Sequence record: SRR9188677_178
Direction: 5' to 3' (one strand)
Length of the DNA stretch: 64,000 nt
In this document: in pieces, positions 21,302 through 33,075 of the stretch
How the letters are laid out: every line of letters starts with the position of its first letter
Numbering within the stretch: the first letter of the stretch is position 1
Made by a program: the position numbers and the translations under genes
The notes under the pieces: model-generated
Database searches by the model: none
The model's input: the letters and a program-made list of their open reading frames with translations, nothing else
What the model was told of the DNA's origin: nothing

Positions 21302-22029
21302 AATCCGGCCTGGTTTTCAAGACTTACGCGGCCGGGGTAATTTAAGAACATTTCATTCATCATTTTATTGACGTCTTCGGCTATCCTAAGGTCCTTACTA
21401 TCCATGGCGAAGCCATAATTCATCCATAGAATATCCCCTGACCTTAAATCCACCAGAGCTGCTGATAAAAACGTTGGACTAGGAGGAAGAACCACACCAA
21501 ACATGGCAGCGAATACACGTGCCGCCTTGCGGCCACCGGTTGAAATATAATCTTCACCAACAATAAACAAGGCAGCATCTGCTCCTGATCTTTCCGCCAG
21601 CGTTTTTAATCCGGAACCTAATGTATAGTCAAACTCTGTGCGTTTATGTTTCCAGGCATCAAACTCTGCACGTGAGTAATAAAATGCGTTGAATCCGACA
21701 ACATCGTATAAAGCGACATGTTCATCCAGGCTGGCAATTTCTTCAGGAGATAAATTTTCTGGCAACTCCAACTTATCAAACAAATGTCTAGAAGCAATTT
21801 GAGCGGCAAGCGCCGAGCGCACGTTATTCTTGGCTTTGATTGACCATTCATCCACCTTTTCAGCCACACCACCAACAGATAGTTCCTTGACGAAAATTTC
21901 AGGTTCAATAAGTACTATTTTCTTAGGTAAACTACCCAAGTCCAGATGGGCTTTCTTAATACTGGTGTCTGCTGACCATGCTACTGAAGTGGTAAAAAAT
22001 AATACAAAAGCAATCAGGTTTTTGTTCAT
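21298..22029 (-). CDS. Hypothetical exported protein
   Basis: Signal peptide MNKNLIAFVLFFTTSVAWS; GADAALF and ALVDLRSGDILW motifs; stop overlaps the M48 start. Confidence 0.7.
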   Translation of the reverse strand: MNKNLIAFVLFFTTSVAWSADTSIKKAHLDLGSLPKKIVLIEPEIFVKELSVGGVAEKVDEWSIKAKNNVRSALAAQIASRHLFDKLELPENLSPEEIASLDEHVALYDVVGFNAFYYSRAEFDAWKHKRTEFDYTLGSGLKTLAERSGADAALFIVGEDYISTGGRKAARVFAAMFGVVLPPSPTFLSAALVDLRSGDILWMNYGFAMDSKDLRIAEDVNKMMNEMFLNYPGRVSLENQAGL

Positions 22030-22069
22030 ATTGTTCCTCTTTATTATTGTCTGATAAATACTTGATGAA

Positions 22070-23614
22070 TTAATTAACAACCCTACGTGAAAAATCTCTT
22101 GGCCTGAATCCAAGCATGCCAAGCATAGCAAAATACACAGCTATTCCTAATACCACTACACCAGCTAAATGCATTAATCGCGGCAAAACTGGCATACTCA
22201 GCCAGTCACCTGACCATGTTGCAACAAAATGAAGGCCCACTGCCATTACTGTGACGGCAAATAATAGTTTTGCGAGGAATGCCAGCCAACCTTTATTTGG
22301 CACGAAGGCTCCGGTTCTTTGCAATGTGACCCATAACAAAGTCGCATTTAAACAAGCGCCCAATCCTACTGCCAGTGCCAGTCCTGCATGGCGCAACGGG
22401 GTAAAGTAAAGAAATAGTACATTTAATATTTGCGTCATCACCAAGGTGAAGATGGCAATTTTGACTGGGGTTCTGACATTCTGGCGAGCATAAAAACCTG
22501 GCGCCAACACCTTCACCATAATCAGCCCTAACAGGCTAAGGCTATACGCAATCAATGCGCGCTCGGTTTGCGCAACGTCGATCTCGGTAAATTTACCGTA
22601 ATAGAATAGGCTGGCAACCAATGGTTTAGAAAGTACAGCCATGGCGACAGCGGCAGGAATAGCAAGCATAAAGGTCAGACGCAAACCCCAATCCAGCAAT
22701 TGCGAAAATTCGGCTGGAGATTTATCGACATGTGCTTTGGATAAGCTTGGCAAAAGAATTGTGCCTAGTGCAACCCCAAGTACGCCGGTCGGAAATTCCA
22801 TTAAACGGTCCGCATAATATAGCCACGAGACACTGCCAGTGGGCATAAATGAAGCAAATACATTGTTAAGTACAATTGAAATTTGCGCAACAGACACGCC
22901 AAAAATGGCTGGTCCCATTAACTTAAGAATACGCCGCACACCTTCATCCTGGATATTCAACGCATAGCGCGGCAACATGCCGATTTTTTGCAAAGAAGGT
23001 AATTGGTAAAGTAACTGAATGATGCCGCCGACAAACACTGCCCAGGCCAGCACGTAAACTGAATTATTAAAATGTGGTGCCACAAATAAAGCCGCCGTTA
23101 TAAAACTGAGGTTCAGCCACACCGGCGTAAAGGCAGGCACCTGGAATTTGCTGTGTGCATTGAGCACACCACCGGCCATAGATACCAGCGAAATAAACAG
23201 AATATAGGGAAAGGTAATGCGCAATAAATCGGTGGTCAGCGCAAACTTGGCCGGATCACCGACGAACCCTGGCGAAGTCAGTCGCACAATTAAAGGTGCC
23301 GCCAGCATACCAACGATAGTAATGCCGACCAGAAACAGTCCCAGCAAACTGGAGACATGGTTGATCAGAGCCTTGGTCGCTTCCGGCGTACGTTGTTTGC
23401 GGTACTCGGACAGAATAGGCACGAATGCCTGGCTAAAAGCGCCCTCGCCGGAAATGCGGCGTAACAGATTGGGGATTTTAAATGCCACAAAAAAAGCATC
23501 AGTCGCCATGCCTGCGCCAAAAATACGGGCAATCAGCGTATCGCGTACAAACCCCAGCAGGCGCGAGATAAACGTCATGCCACCGACAGTGGCCAAAGCT
23601 TTAAGCAAGTTCAT
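22070..23614 (-). CDS. murJ: Lipid II flippase MurJ (MviN)
   Basis: [29 protein letters not shown] and [10 protein letters not shown] motifs. Confidence 0.97.
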   Translation of the reverse strand: MNLLKALATVGGMTFISRLLGFVRDTLIARIFGAGMATDAFFVAFKIPNLLRRISGEGAFSQAFVPILSEYRKQRTPEATKALINHVSSLLGLFLVGITIVGMLAAPLIVRLTSPGFVGDPAKFALTTDLLRITFPYILFISLVSMAGGVLNAHSKFQVPAFTPVWLNLSFITAALFVAPHFNNSVYVLAWAVFVGGIIQLLYQLPSLQKIGMLPRYALNIQDEGVRRILKLMGPAIFGVSVAQISIVLNNVFASFMPTGSVSWLYYADRLMEFPTGVLGVALGTILLPSLSKAHVDKSPAEFSQLLDWGLRLTFMLAIPAAVAMAVLSKPLVASLFYYGKFTEIDVAQTERALIAYSLSLLGLIMVKVLAPGFYARQNVRTPVKIAIFTLVMTQILNVLFLYFTPLRHAGLALAVGLGACLNATLLWVTLQRTGAFVPNKGWLAFLAKLLFAVTVMAVGLHFVATWSGDWLSMPVLPRLMHLAGVVVLGIAVYFAMLGMLGFRPRDFSRRVVN

Positions 23615-23777
23615 ATGGGGTATTCAGGTTTCCGGCAGTCTGGTAAAAAATGCTAGGTGCGGGCAGCTTTTGCTTTATTATTCCGCCTGCAATTTTCAAT
23701 CTTTTAGAACAATTGTTCTTGAGTCGGGCGATTTTACCACGCGACTATTTCGAATCCGCAGAAATATGATTTTCGCC

Positions 23778-23806
23778 TTGCAAAAACCGAGCAAAAACAG
23801 TATTAT
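23778..23806 (+). promoter_or_regulatory. Putative sigma70 promoter of rpsT
   Basis: TTGCAA-N17-TATTAT, 50 bp upstream of the start. Confidence 0.6.
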
Positions 23807-23855
23807 GCACGGTTTCGTATTACACCCCTTTTGAAAAGTTACAGGATAAACGAAT

Positions 23856-24257
23856 ATGGCAAACACCGCACAAGCACGCAAACGCGCGCGCCAATCCGTA
23901 AAAGTGAACGCACACAACGCTGCGTTACGTTCAACTTTACGCACTGCGATCAAAAAAGTAATTAAAGCAATTCAAACTGGTGACAAAGCTGCTGCAGTTG
24001 CGTCATACCAGGAAAACGTGAGCGTGATTGACCGTATCGCTGACAAAAAAATTATTCACAAAAACAAAGCTGCCCGTCACAAAAGCCGTTTGACAGCTGC
24101 GATCAAAGCATTGTCAGGTGACGCACCTGCGACTTTGACTTCTGTGAAAAAAGCAGTTGCTCCTAAAGCAGCTCCGAAAAAAGCTGCTGCTAAAGCCGAA
24201 GCCGCGCCAGCCAAAAAAGCTGCCGCCAAGCCTCGCGCGAAAAAAGCTGCTGAATAA
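23856..24257 (+). CDS. rpsT: 30S ribosomal protein S20 with Ala/Lys-rich C-terminal extension
   Basis: [13 protein letters not shown]...[12 protein letters not shown]; divergent from murJ as usual. Confidence 0.96.
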   Translation: MANTAQARKRARQSVKVNAHNAALRSTLRTAIKKVIKAIQTGDKAAAVASYQENVSVIDRIADKKIIHKNKAARHKSRLTAAIKALSGDAPATLTSVKKAVAPKAAPKKAAAKAEAAPAKKAAAKPRAKKAAE

Positions 24258-24278
24258 TTTCAGTAGGGGTGCTTACTT

Positions 24279-24307
24279 AAAAAGCCAGACATATGTCTGG
24301 CTTTTTT
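24279..24307 (+). terminator. Intrinsic terminator after rpsT
   Basis: AAAAGCCAGACAT/ATGTCTGGCTTTT inverted repeat followed by a T run. Confidence 0.8.
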
Positions 24308-24617
24308 ATTGCCTGCAAGGCTGGTTATCAAGCCGTTCAAATTCTAAAGCTGTGGATTTTATATATTCAAGAATATGAGTATAACGCTCATCACTGGCAC
24401 TATTAAGTTCAATAGCAATTACTGAACTTCCTTCGACATAACCCAAGCCCGCGTATTCAGTACAATATCAAGTATATCCTCTTTGGCGTGTATCGACCCG
24501 TGTCAGAACTTCAGAATTAAAGAGCTGCAACTTTAAAAGACTCCATCCCTGCTTGAAAAATACAAATAAAAAAATCTAGGCTTTCAGCCGAGATTTGTAA
24601 TACATACCTCTTAAGTA

Positions 24618-25811
24618 CTATTCACCTATATGCAATTCACTGCGCGCCACCTTGGCTGTATTTAATACTGCTTGCGCATCATTGCCAATCACGGTGAAAT
24701 GGCCCATCTTGCGGCTTTTGCGAGGCTCATGTTTGCCATATAAATGCATCTTGAGATTACCGTGTGCAAAAGCTTTATCCCAGGCCGGCTCTTTCTGTTT
24801 CCCACTATACAGCCAGCTATCGCCAAGGATATTCACCATCACGGCATTGCTGTGCAAGCCTGGATTGCCCAACGCCTGGCCAGTAATGACACGCACCTGC
24901 TGTTCAAACTGGTTGGTAATACAGGCATCCAGCGTGTAATGGCCGGAATTATGTGGTCGCGGCGCAATTTCATTAATCAGTAACTGGTTACCGACAACGA
25001 AAAACTCCACGCCTAGCACGCCGACATAATTGAGCCTGGCTGCCAGTTTTTTTGCCAGTTCCTGTGCATTGGCCTTGATCACCTCAGAACAACGGGCCGG
25101 GGCGATGCTGATATCCAGGATGCCATTCAAATGGCTGTTTTCGGCGGTTGGAAAAGCTGCAATATTGCCGTGCACATCACGCGCCAGCACTACTGACACT
25201 TCAAGGTCGAGCGCCAGCATCTTTTCCAGCACACAGACTTCCTGCTTGAAATTCTGGAATGCTGCTTTGGCTTCAGCCTGGTTAGCCACCCTTGCCTGGC
25301 CTTTGCCATCGTAGCCAAAACGCGCCACTTTAAGTACCGCTGGATACATGTCGCCATCTTCCGGCAGGTCGCTTTCACGAGTGACTGCGACAAATGGGCC
25401 AATAGGCAAACCAGCTTCCTTGAAAAAAGTTTTTTCCTTAATTCTGTGCTGGGCAATGGCTACGGCGTCGGCGCTTGGATGAACGATGGTCGATGTTGCC
25501 AGCGTAGCCAGTGTTTCAGCTGGCACGTTTTCAAATTCGGTCGAAATCGCCGCGCAGGTTTCAGCCATGGTTTTCAGCGCCGCTGCGTCATCATAAGCTG
25601 CGCATAAATGCACATCAGCAATCATGCCTGCCGGGCTATTTTTATCCGGGTCGAGCACGGTAACTTTGTAGCCCATTTCGTGCGCTGCGATCACGAAAAA
25701 ACGACCAAGCTGGCCGCCGCCTAACATGCCCAACATGGCGGCTGGCTGAATCACGCCGGATTCATTTGAAGGATGTAAACTTTGATTTTGAATATTTGCT
25801 TGCGAACTCAT
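24618..25811 (-). CDS. purK: N5-carboxyaminoimidazole ribonucleotide synthase
   Basis: GGGQLGR, GYDGKGQ, EIAPRPHNSGH and RKMGH motifs. Confidence 0.96.
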   Translation of the reverse strand: MSSQANIQNQSLHPSNESGVIQPAAMLGMLGGGQLGRFFVIAAHEMGYKVTVLDPDKNSPAGMIADVHLCAAYDDAAALKTMAETCAAISTEFENVPAETLATLATSTIVHPSADAVAIAQHRIKEKTFFKEAGLPIGPFVAVTRESDLPEDGDMYPAVLKVARFGYDGKGQARVANQAEAKAAFQNFKQEVCVLEKMLALDLEVSVVLARDVHGNIAAFPTAENSHLNGILDISIAPARCSEVIKANAQELAKKLAARLNYVGVLGVEFFVVGNQLLINEIAPRPHNSGHYTLDACITNQFEQQVRVITGQALGNPGLHSNAVMVNILGDSWLYSGKQKEPAWDKAFAHGNLKMHLYGKHEPRKSRKMGHFTVIGNDAQAVLNTAKVARSELHIGE

Positions 25812-25903
25812 CAACAATCCCCATCACGCCCTGACAGAATTACCTTGTACGGTTATTCTAATTATGTGTAACGCTAAGCCAGGGTATGTTTATTGAATAA
25901 AAA

Positions 25904-26398
25904 TTAAGGCTGCTCAGGCAAGGCCATGGCATGCACTTTTTCAGCTTGCTTCTGGCGAAACTCTGCCAGTTTTTGTGCCAAAGTTGCATCCTGGTTGGCC
26001 AATACCGAGACTGCAAACAGGCCGGCATTCGCCGCGCCTGCATCGCCAATCGCGAATGTAGCTACCGGAATACCTTTAGGCATTTGCACGATAGATAGCA
26101 GTGAATCCTGACCTTGCAAATGTTTGGATGGGACCGGCACACCAAGTACCGGCAATGTGGTTTTCGCCGCCACCATGCCAGGCAGATGCGCAGCCCCGCC
26201 AGCACCTGCGATAATCACTTGAAAACCTTTTGTCGCCGCTGACTCGGCAAACTCGAACATCAGGTCCGGCGTCCGGTGTGCGGATACCACGCGGGCTTCA
26301 TAAGCCACGCCAAAATCTGCCAGCATTTGCGCGGCATTTCTCATCACCGGCCAATCGCTGTCAGATCCCATAATGATGGCTACCAGAGGTTTACTCAT
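25904..26398 (-). CDS. purE: N5-CAIR mutase
   Basis: IMGSDSD, SAHRTP and [10 protein letters not shown] motifs. Confidence 0.97.
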   Translation of the reverse strand: MSKPLVAIIMGSDSDWPVMRNAAQMLADFGVAYEARVVSAHRTPDLMFEFAESAATKGFQVIIAGAGGAAHLPGMVAAKTTLPVLGVPVPSKHLQGQDSLLSIVQMPKGIPVATFAIGDAGAANAGLFAVSVLANQDATLAQKLAEFRQKQAEKVHAMALPEQP

Positions 26399-26487
26399 AT
26401 CACACAACCTTTTTAGTTAACTTTATTCAGTGCAAAACATGTTTTGATAAAACTTAAATCACCATGCAAGTTCATGAGTGGCTTGTT

Positions 26488-27609
26488 TTATAACACCACA
26501 AGGTTATCCCTGTGTATCAGTTCTTTTTCTTCTACATAGCCAAGTATGTTTTTAATCTCGCTACTCGGTTCGCGCATGATGCGACGGACTTCGCTGGCAT
26601 GGTAATTCACAATGCCGCGCGCCCATTCTTTACCTTCGGCATCGACACAGGCCACTACATCGCCACGCTCAAACTGGCCGATCACCTCGACTACCCCTAT
26701 CGGCAGCAGGCTTTTGCCATCTTTGCATAATACATTTACTGCACCTGCATCAAGCACCAGTTTTCCACCCAGGCGTAAATGATCTGCCAGCCATTGCTTT
26801 TTGGCGATGATTTTCATTTTACCGGCTTGCAGGTGGGTACCGATCGCTTCGCCCTGGCTCAACCTGATTAGGACTTCAGGCTCGCGGCCTGAAGCAATCA
26901 CCGTATGCGCGCCACTATTGGCGGCACGTTTGGCAGCCAGTATTTTAGTGAGCATACCGCCGGTGCCGACTGCGCTGCCAGCGCCACCCGCCATTGCTTC
27001 CAAAGCCGGGTTACCTGCCATTTCGGAATGCACAAATACGGCATTGGGGTCTTTGCGCGGATCAGCAGAATAAAGACCTTGCTGGTCGGTCAGTATAATC
27101 AGTGCATCGGCTTCAATCAGGTTAGCGACCAGCGCACCCAGCGTGTCATTATCACCAAAACGGATTTCTTCAGTGACCACCGTATCATTTTCATTAATGA
27201 TGGGAATCACGTTCAAATCAAGCAAGGTGCGCAAGGTAGTGCGCGCATTGAGATAGCGCTTGCGGTCGGCCAGATCGTCATGGGTCAGCAGTAATTGGGC
27301 AGTGTGCAAGCCATGTTGTGCAAAGCATTGCTCGTACATTTGCACCAGCCCCATCTGCCCTACTGCCGCAGCAGCTTGCAACTCGTTGATTTCCACAGGA
27401 CGTTTTTTCCAGCCCAGGCGCTGCATGCCTTCAGCCACGGCGCCACTGGATACCAGTACCACATGCTTGCCCTGCTTAACCAGGGCACTGATTTGCTCGG
27501 CCCAAGCAGCAATCGCAGCCCTGTCCAGGCCTTGGCCATTATTGGTGACCAGGCTGGATCCGACCTTTACAATCAGGGTTTTACTATCTTGAATAAGGGA
27601 GACACCCAT
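26488..27609 (-). CDS. proB: Glutamate 5-kinase
   Basis: VKVGSS, INENDTV, FGDNDTL and GTGGM motifs; C-terminal PUA domain. Confidence 0.96.
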   Translation of the reverse strand: MGVSLIQDSKTLIVKVGSSLVTNNGQGLDRAAIAAWAEQISALVKQGKHVVLVSSGAVAEGMQRLGWKKRPVEINELQAAAAVGQMGLVQMYEQCFAQHGLHTAQLLLTHDDLADRKRYLNARTTLRTLLDLNVIPIINENDTVVTEEIRFGDNDTLGALVANLIEADALIILTDQQGLYSADPRKDPNAVFVHSEMAGNPALEAMAGGAGSAVGTGGMLTKILAAKRAANSGAHTVIASGREPEVLIRLSQGEAIGTHLQAGKMKIIAKKQWLADHLRLGGKLVLDAGAVNVLCKDGKSLLPIGVVEVIGQFERGDVVACVDAEGKEWARGIVNYHASEVRRIMREPSSEIKNILGYVEEKELIHRDNLVVL

Positions 27610-27632
27610 ATCGATTTTTTATTATCTGTTAT

Positions 27633-28751
<1,119 letters not shown>

Positions 28752-28882
28752 TCAATATCCTTGTGTACTTTGTACATTCTGGTTTTTGCGTGCCGTGTGC
28801 CTTGCACTGCATCTTAAAATTTCAAATTGCCTGTGCTTATTAACAGGCAATCATACAAGGCTACAATCTGATAACTATAAAG

Positions 28883-28914
28883 TAAAAAGCCCCGTCAAGC
28901 GACAGGGCTTTTTA
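28883..28914 (-). terminator. Terminator-like hairpin after rpmA
   Basis: TAAAAAGCCC...GGGCTTTTTA inverted repeat. Confidence 0.65.
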
Positions 28915-28927
28915 CATGAATCTGCGA

Positions 28928-29185
28928 TTAAACCGCTTCGATGCTTACTGTATGACGCTTTAACGCGCCTTTGATAGCAAATTTAACTTTGCCTTCAACC
29001 AGTGCATACAGCGTGTGGTCTTTACCCATGCCAACGTTTTCGCCAGCATGCATTTTTGTACCACGTTGACGCACGATAATGCTACCGGCGTTAACTACTG
29101 TTTCACCAAAAGCTTTTACGCCCAGGCGTTTGGCTTGTGAGTCGCGGCCGTTACGTGAACTACCGCCTGCTTTTTTGTGTGCCAT
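28928..29185 (-). CDS. rpmA: 50S ribosomal protein L27
   Basis: [16 protein letters not shown]. Confidence 0.98.
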   Translation of the reverse strand: MAHKKAGGSSRNGRDSQAKRLGVKAFGETVVNAGSIIVRQRGTKMHAGENVGMGKDHTLYALVEGKVKFAIKGALKRHTVSIEAV

Positions 29186-29215
29186 GTTTGATTCCTTACT
29201 CTAGCAATCTGCCGA

Positions 29216-29527
29216 TTAAGCAGAAATAGTATCGATTTGAATTTCAGTATAGCTCTGACGATGACCTTGAGTCTTGCGATAGTGCTTACGACGACGCATT
29301 TTAAAGATCATCACTTTGTCACCACGGCCATGTGATACCACGGTGGCATTCACTGTAGCGCCGGCTATCAAAGGTGCACCAACCGTAGTCGTTTCGCCGT
29401 TTGCAATCAACAATACTTTGTCGATCACAACAGTAGAACCCACGTCGCCAACCAATTTTTCAACTTTTAATTTTTCACCAGCGGTAACTTTGTACTGTTT
29501 GCCACCTGTTTTAATCACTGCGTACAT
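29216..29527 (-). CDS. rplU: 50S ribosomal protein L21
   Basis: [14 protein letters not shown]...GHRQ. Confidence 0.98.
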   Translation of the reverse strand: MYAVIKTGGKQYKVTAGEKLKVEKLVGDVGSTVVIDKVLLIANGETTTVGAPLIAGATVNATVVSHGRGDKVMIFKMRRRKHYRKTQGHRQSYTEIQIDTISA

Positions 29528-29564
29528 AAAAATGCCTTAAACGTCGCCTTTTAAAGAACCCGCA

Positions 29565-29592
29565 ATTATACGCAATTAATTCAAGAATGCAA
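29565..29592 (-). promoter_or_regulatory. Putative sigma70 promoter of rplU-rpmA
   Basis: TTGCAT-N16-TATAAT on the minus strand. Confidence 0.55.
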
Positions 29593-29642
29593 ATACATTT
29601 GCGTATATTCGCCAGCGAATGCGGGTGGTGAATGGATGAGTG

Positions 29643-30005
29643 TCAAGCCAGCAGCGATTTAGTTGCCGGTGCCGCTCGCCAAGGCTTGATTATACCGTGT
29701 GTATAGAACGCGTACACACTTAATATGGCATTGAGCAAACCTTCAGCCAATAAAGCAAAAACCCCTGCTGGCGCGCGATAGTCATTGATGCGATACAGCG
29801 GCGGCATTTCAATATTATTCAATGAGCTTAATGGCTGAAAATGCACAGAGGCAACCTCCTGATCGCACAGCATGACTTTGACATTGAACATATCCGTAAT
29901 CGATAACTGCAAGGATTGCCCGTCGCTAAGCCAGAGCAGGTAATGTCTTTTGTTCAAGCGTTCAATATGACTGATAATTAGCTGGGGCATGAGGAAATAT
30001 TTCAA
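29643..30005 (-). CDS. Hypothetical protein (start may be the ATG at 29990)
   Basis: 120-aa ORF divergent from the MocR regulator and preceded by the same motif as ccoG. Confidence 0.6.
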   Translation of the reverse strand: MKYFLMPQLIISHIERLNKRHYLLWLSDGQSLQLSITDMFNVKVMLCDQEVASVHFQPLSSLNNIEMPPLYRINDYRAPAGVFALLAEGLLNAILSVYAFYTHGIIKPWRAAPATKSLLA

Positions 30006-30044
30006 TCTGCAAAAAGCAGCATCCTAAACATAATGACACTTGCC

Positions 30045-30082
30045 AAACAGCTTCAGTTTGGATTTAATTTACCATATCAGTT
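30045..30082 (-). promoter_or_regulatory. Putative MocR-family operator, copy 1
   Basis: AACTGATATGGT-N11-AAACTGAAGCTGTTT; 31 of 38 bases identical to 31531-31568. Confidence 0.65.
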
Positions 30083-30093
30083 GCCCGGCAACG

Positions 30094-31536
30094 ATGTCGC
30101 AAGGTCACTACGTGAAAAAATACGAAATCATTGCCGAAGAAATTGCCAGCACCATCCAGCAAGGGTTGCTCAACCGCGGCGACAAATTGCCTTCGATACG
30201 CCAGATTCAGGCCCTGAAACAGGTGAATGCCTCCACCGTGTTCCAGGCATATTATTTACTGGAAGCGCGTGGCCTGCTGGTCACGCGGCCACGTTCGGGC
30301 TATTACGTGGCAGGGCCATTGCGTAGCGAACGGTCACTCGCACCAGCAAGCCCTGCGCAAACAGGCCTGCCGACCATTTTGCAAATCAGCGATCTGGTCT
30401 TTACTGTTCTGGATCGCATTAAAGACCCTCAGCACGTGCCGTTCGGCTCGGCGTTTCCCAGTCCATTGCATTTTCCCCTTTCAAAACTGGCTGACCATAT
30501 GGTGGCCTCTGTTCGCCGCATGCAACCGTCTGATACGGTGAGTGATATCGGGCAAGGCGATTTTGAGCTGAGGCGCCAGATTGCATTGCGTTACCAGTTG
30601 GATGGCACGCAAACTGATGCAACAGATATCGTCGTGACAAACGGTGCACTTGAAGCGCTCAATCTGAGCCTGGCCGCCGTAACCCAGCCTGGTGATAGCG
30701 TGATCATAGAGTCACCGAGCTTTTATGCTGCCTTGCAGGCAATTGAAAGAATGGGGCTAAAGGCGATTGAAATACCTAGCCATCCCGAGCATGGTATTGA
30801 TCTAGCTGCGCTGGAACTGGCCATTACTCAACATCAGCCCAAAGCCTGCTGGCTGATGACCAATTTTCAAAACCCTACCGGTAGCCTGATGCCGGAAGAT
30901 AAAAAGCAGGCACTCGTTGCTTTAGTGACACGACACCGATTGCCGCTGATCGAAGATGACGTCTATCGCGAATTGTATTTTGGCAAGCAGCGTCCGCTGC
31001 CAGCCAAGGCCTGGGATACAGAGGGCTGGGTCATGCATTGCAGCTCTTTTTCCAAATCGCTGGCGCCGGGTTACCGCGTCGGCTGGGTCTCGGCGGGACG
31101 GTTTACTGACAAGATCACGCGCTTGAAAATCTCGACCACCCTTGCCACGTCCATCCCGGCCCAGCATGCACTGGCAAGTTATCTGGCGAAAGGCGGTTAT
31201 GATAAATACCTGCGCCAGCTCAGACACCAGCTTATGTTGCAGCAACTGCAGTTTTCACAGGCCATTCATCAGCACTTTCCCGAGCAGGTACGCTTTAACC
31301 AGCCACAAGGAGGTTATTTTTTCTGGATGCAACTGCCAGAACAGTGCGATAGCTTGCAGCTTTTTCAGCAGGCGATCACCCAAAATATCAGTCTTGCACC
31401 TGGGCATATGTTTTCGTCGCAACAACAATACGCCAACTTTATCCGCCTCAATTATGGGCACCCATTAAACCCAGCAGGCCTGCAAGCTATCCAGACACTG
31501 GGCAAGCTCATTTCAAAAACACCCACACCAAACTGA
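30094..31536 (+). CDS. MocR-family (GntR HTH plus PLP aminotransferase) regulator
   Basis: KLPSIRQ...STVFQAY HTH; FQNPTG, IEDDVY and SSFSKSLAPGYRVGW motifs. Start moved to the ATG at 30094. Confidence 0.92.
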   Translation: MSQGHYVKKYEIIAEEIASTIQQGLLNRGDKLPSIRQIQALKQVNASTVFQAYYLLEARGLLVTRPRSGYYVAGPLRSERSLAPASPAQTGLPTILQISDLVFTVLDRIKDPQHVPFGSAFPSPLHFPLSKLADHMVASVRRMQPSDTVSDIGQGDFELRRQIALRYQLDGTQTDATDIVVTNGALEALNLSLAAVTQPGDSVIIESPSFYAALQAIERMGLKAIEIPSHPEHGIDLAALELAITQHQPKACWLMTNFQNPTGSLMPEDKKQALVALVTRHRLPLIEDDVYRELYFGKQRPLPAKAWDTEGWVMHCSSFSKSLAPGYRVGWVSAGRFTDKITRLKISTTLATSIPAQHALASYLAKGGYDKYLRQLRHQLMLQQLQFSQAIHQHFPEQVRFNQPQGGYFFWMQLPEQCDSLQLFQQAITQNISLAPGHMFSSQQQYANFIRLNYGHPLNPAGLQAIQTLGKLISKTPTPN

Positions 31537-31568
31537 TATGGTTTTTTAATTAAAAACTGAATCTGTTT
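31531..31568 (+). promoter_or_regulatory. Putative MocR-family operator, copy 2 (upstream of ccoG)
   Basis: AACTGATATGGT-N11-AAACTGAATCTGTTT, followed 18 nt later by TATAGT. Confidence 0.65.
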
Positions 31569-31624
31569 TAGTTTTTGCAAACAGCCTATAGTGCGCTCGT
31601 CTCCAGTCGTTTTCGAGTGTCATC

Positions 31625-33037
31625 ATGCAAGCCTCTCGTAGCAAAACCGTGATTCCCATTGTGGCCGCCCCGGTCACGGAAAAAACCATTTCCTTGTATC
31701 AGAAAACCGCGAAGATTTATCCGCGTACAGTAAATGGCTATTTCAAAAACTGGCGCTGGCTGATGATCTGGCTCACGCAAATCGTTTTTTATGGTTTGCC
31801 CTGGCTGCAATATGGCGAACGCCAGGCGTTTTTAATGGATATCAACGCTCAGCGGTTTTACCTGTTTGGGATGGTGATTTTTCCACAGGATCTGTTTTAC
31901 CTGGCACTGCTATTAATCGTGTGCGCGCTAGGTTTGTTTTTGTTTACGGCTGTCGCAGGTCGTTTGTGGTGTGGCTTCTCCTGCCCGCAATCGGTATATA
32001 CAGAAATATTCTTATGGATGGAACGCCGCATTGAAGGTGACCGCATGGCGCGGCAGAAGCTGGATGCGCAGCCCTGGGGATTAAGAAAAACAGGTATTAA
32101 ATTTAGCAAGCATGGTGTCTGGCTCGGTTTTGCGATGGTGACAGGGATATCGTTTGTCGGTTACTTCACGCCTATTCGCGAACTGACCCCGGCATTGCTG
32201 AATTTTCAGCTGAGTGGCTGGGAATGGTTCTGGTTTGGTTTTTACAGTGTTGCCACTTATGGCAATGCCGGCTTTCTGCGCGAGCAGGTGTGCAAACATA
32301 TGTGCCCCTATGCGCGCTTCCAGAGTGCCATGTTTGATAATCACACGCTGATTGTGGCTTACGACAGCGAACGTGGCGAACCACGTGGCGGCCGCAGCAA
32401 AGGGCAGGATTTCAAGGCCGAGGGCCTGGGCTCTTGCATAGATTGCAACATCTGCGTGCAGGTATGTCCGGTGGGGATTGATATCCGCCAGGGCTTGCAA
32501 TATGAATGCATCAGCTGCGGCCTGTGCATTGATGCCTGCGATGAGGTGATGGATAAAATGCAATACCCGCGCGGCTTGATCCGATTTTCTGCAGGCGGCA
32601 ATACCAGCGAACATGGTTTATTAAGCCATATGTTGCGCCCGCGTGTGCTGATTTATAGCGCACTGTTTGCGCTGATATTTGGCTGGATGGCGTACAGCAT
32701 GTTGCATAAACCAAACTTCAAAGTCGACATCATGCGGGACCGTAACATCATGTACCGGGAAACCAGCCAGGGTGTAGAAAACCTTTATCAGTTACATCTG
32801 ATTAATGCCACCGAGCAAGCACAGCACTACCGTATTCGTGCCAAAGGGCTGCCTGAAATCAAGGTAGAAAGTGAACAGTCACTCACTGTTAACGCTACCA
32901 AGGAAACATTAATACCGCTAAGCCTGGCTATTCCCCATTCAGAAAGAGGGGGAAGCCAGCGCATTACGATTGAAGTAACTGCGCAGCCTTCTGGCGAGAC
33001 GGTATCGACCGACAGCACCTTTTATATACCACATTAA
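31625..33037 (+). CDS. ccoG: Cytochrome c oxidase accessory protein CcoG/FixG
   Basis: GRLWCGFSCPQ, CKHMCPY, two 4Fe-4S motifs (CIDCNICVQVCP and CISCGLCIDAC) and an Ig-like C-terminus. Confidence 0.93.
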   Translation: MQASRSKTVIPIVAAPVTEKTISLYQKTAKIYPRTVNGYFKNWRWLMIWLTQIVFYGLPWLQYGERQAFLMDINAQRFYLFGMVIFPQDLFYLALLLIVCALGLFLFTAVAGRLWCGFSCPQSVYTEIFLWMERRIEGDRMARQKLDAQPWGLRKTGIKFSKHGVWLGFAMVTGISFVGYFTPIRELTPALLNFQLSGWEWFWFGFYSVATYGNAGFLREQVCKHMCPYARFQSAMFDNHTLIVAYDSERGEPRGGRSKGQDFKAEGLGSCIDCNICVQVCPVGIDIRQGLQYECISCGLCIDACDEVMDKMQYPRGLIRFSAGGNTSEHGLLSHMLRPRVLIYSALFALIFGWMAYSMLHKPNFKVDIMRDRNIMYRETSQGVENLYQLHLINATEQAQHYRIRAKGLPEIKVESEQSLTVNATKETLIPLSLAIPHSERGGSQRITIEVTAQPSGETVSTDSTFYIPH

Positions 33038-33075
33038 TTGACTACCCCTTCACCCGCGCAAGCCGGACTGCCGTG

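Noticed and set aside
23217-23953. ORFs of 205 aa (+) and 85 aa (-) spanning the murJ/rpsT region
   Set aside because: They overlap well-supported genes on the opposite strand and have no recognisable motifs.
30040-30093. Longer TTG start for the MocR regulator
   Set aside because: The extension overlaps the operator-like motif, and the HTH domain begins after 30094.
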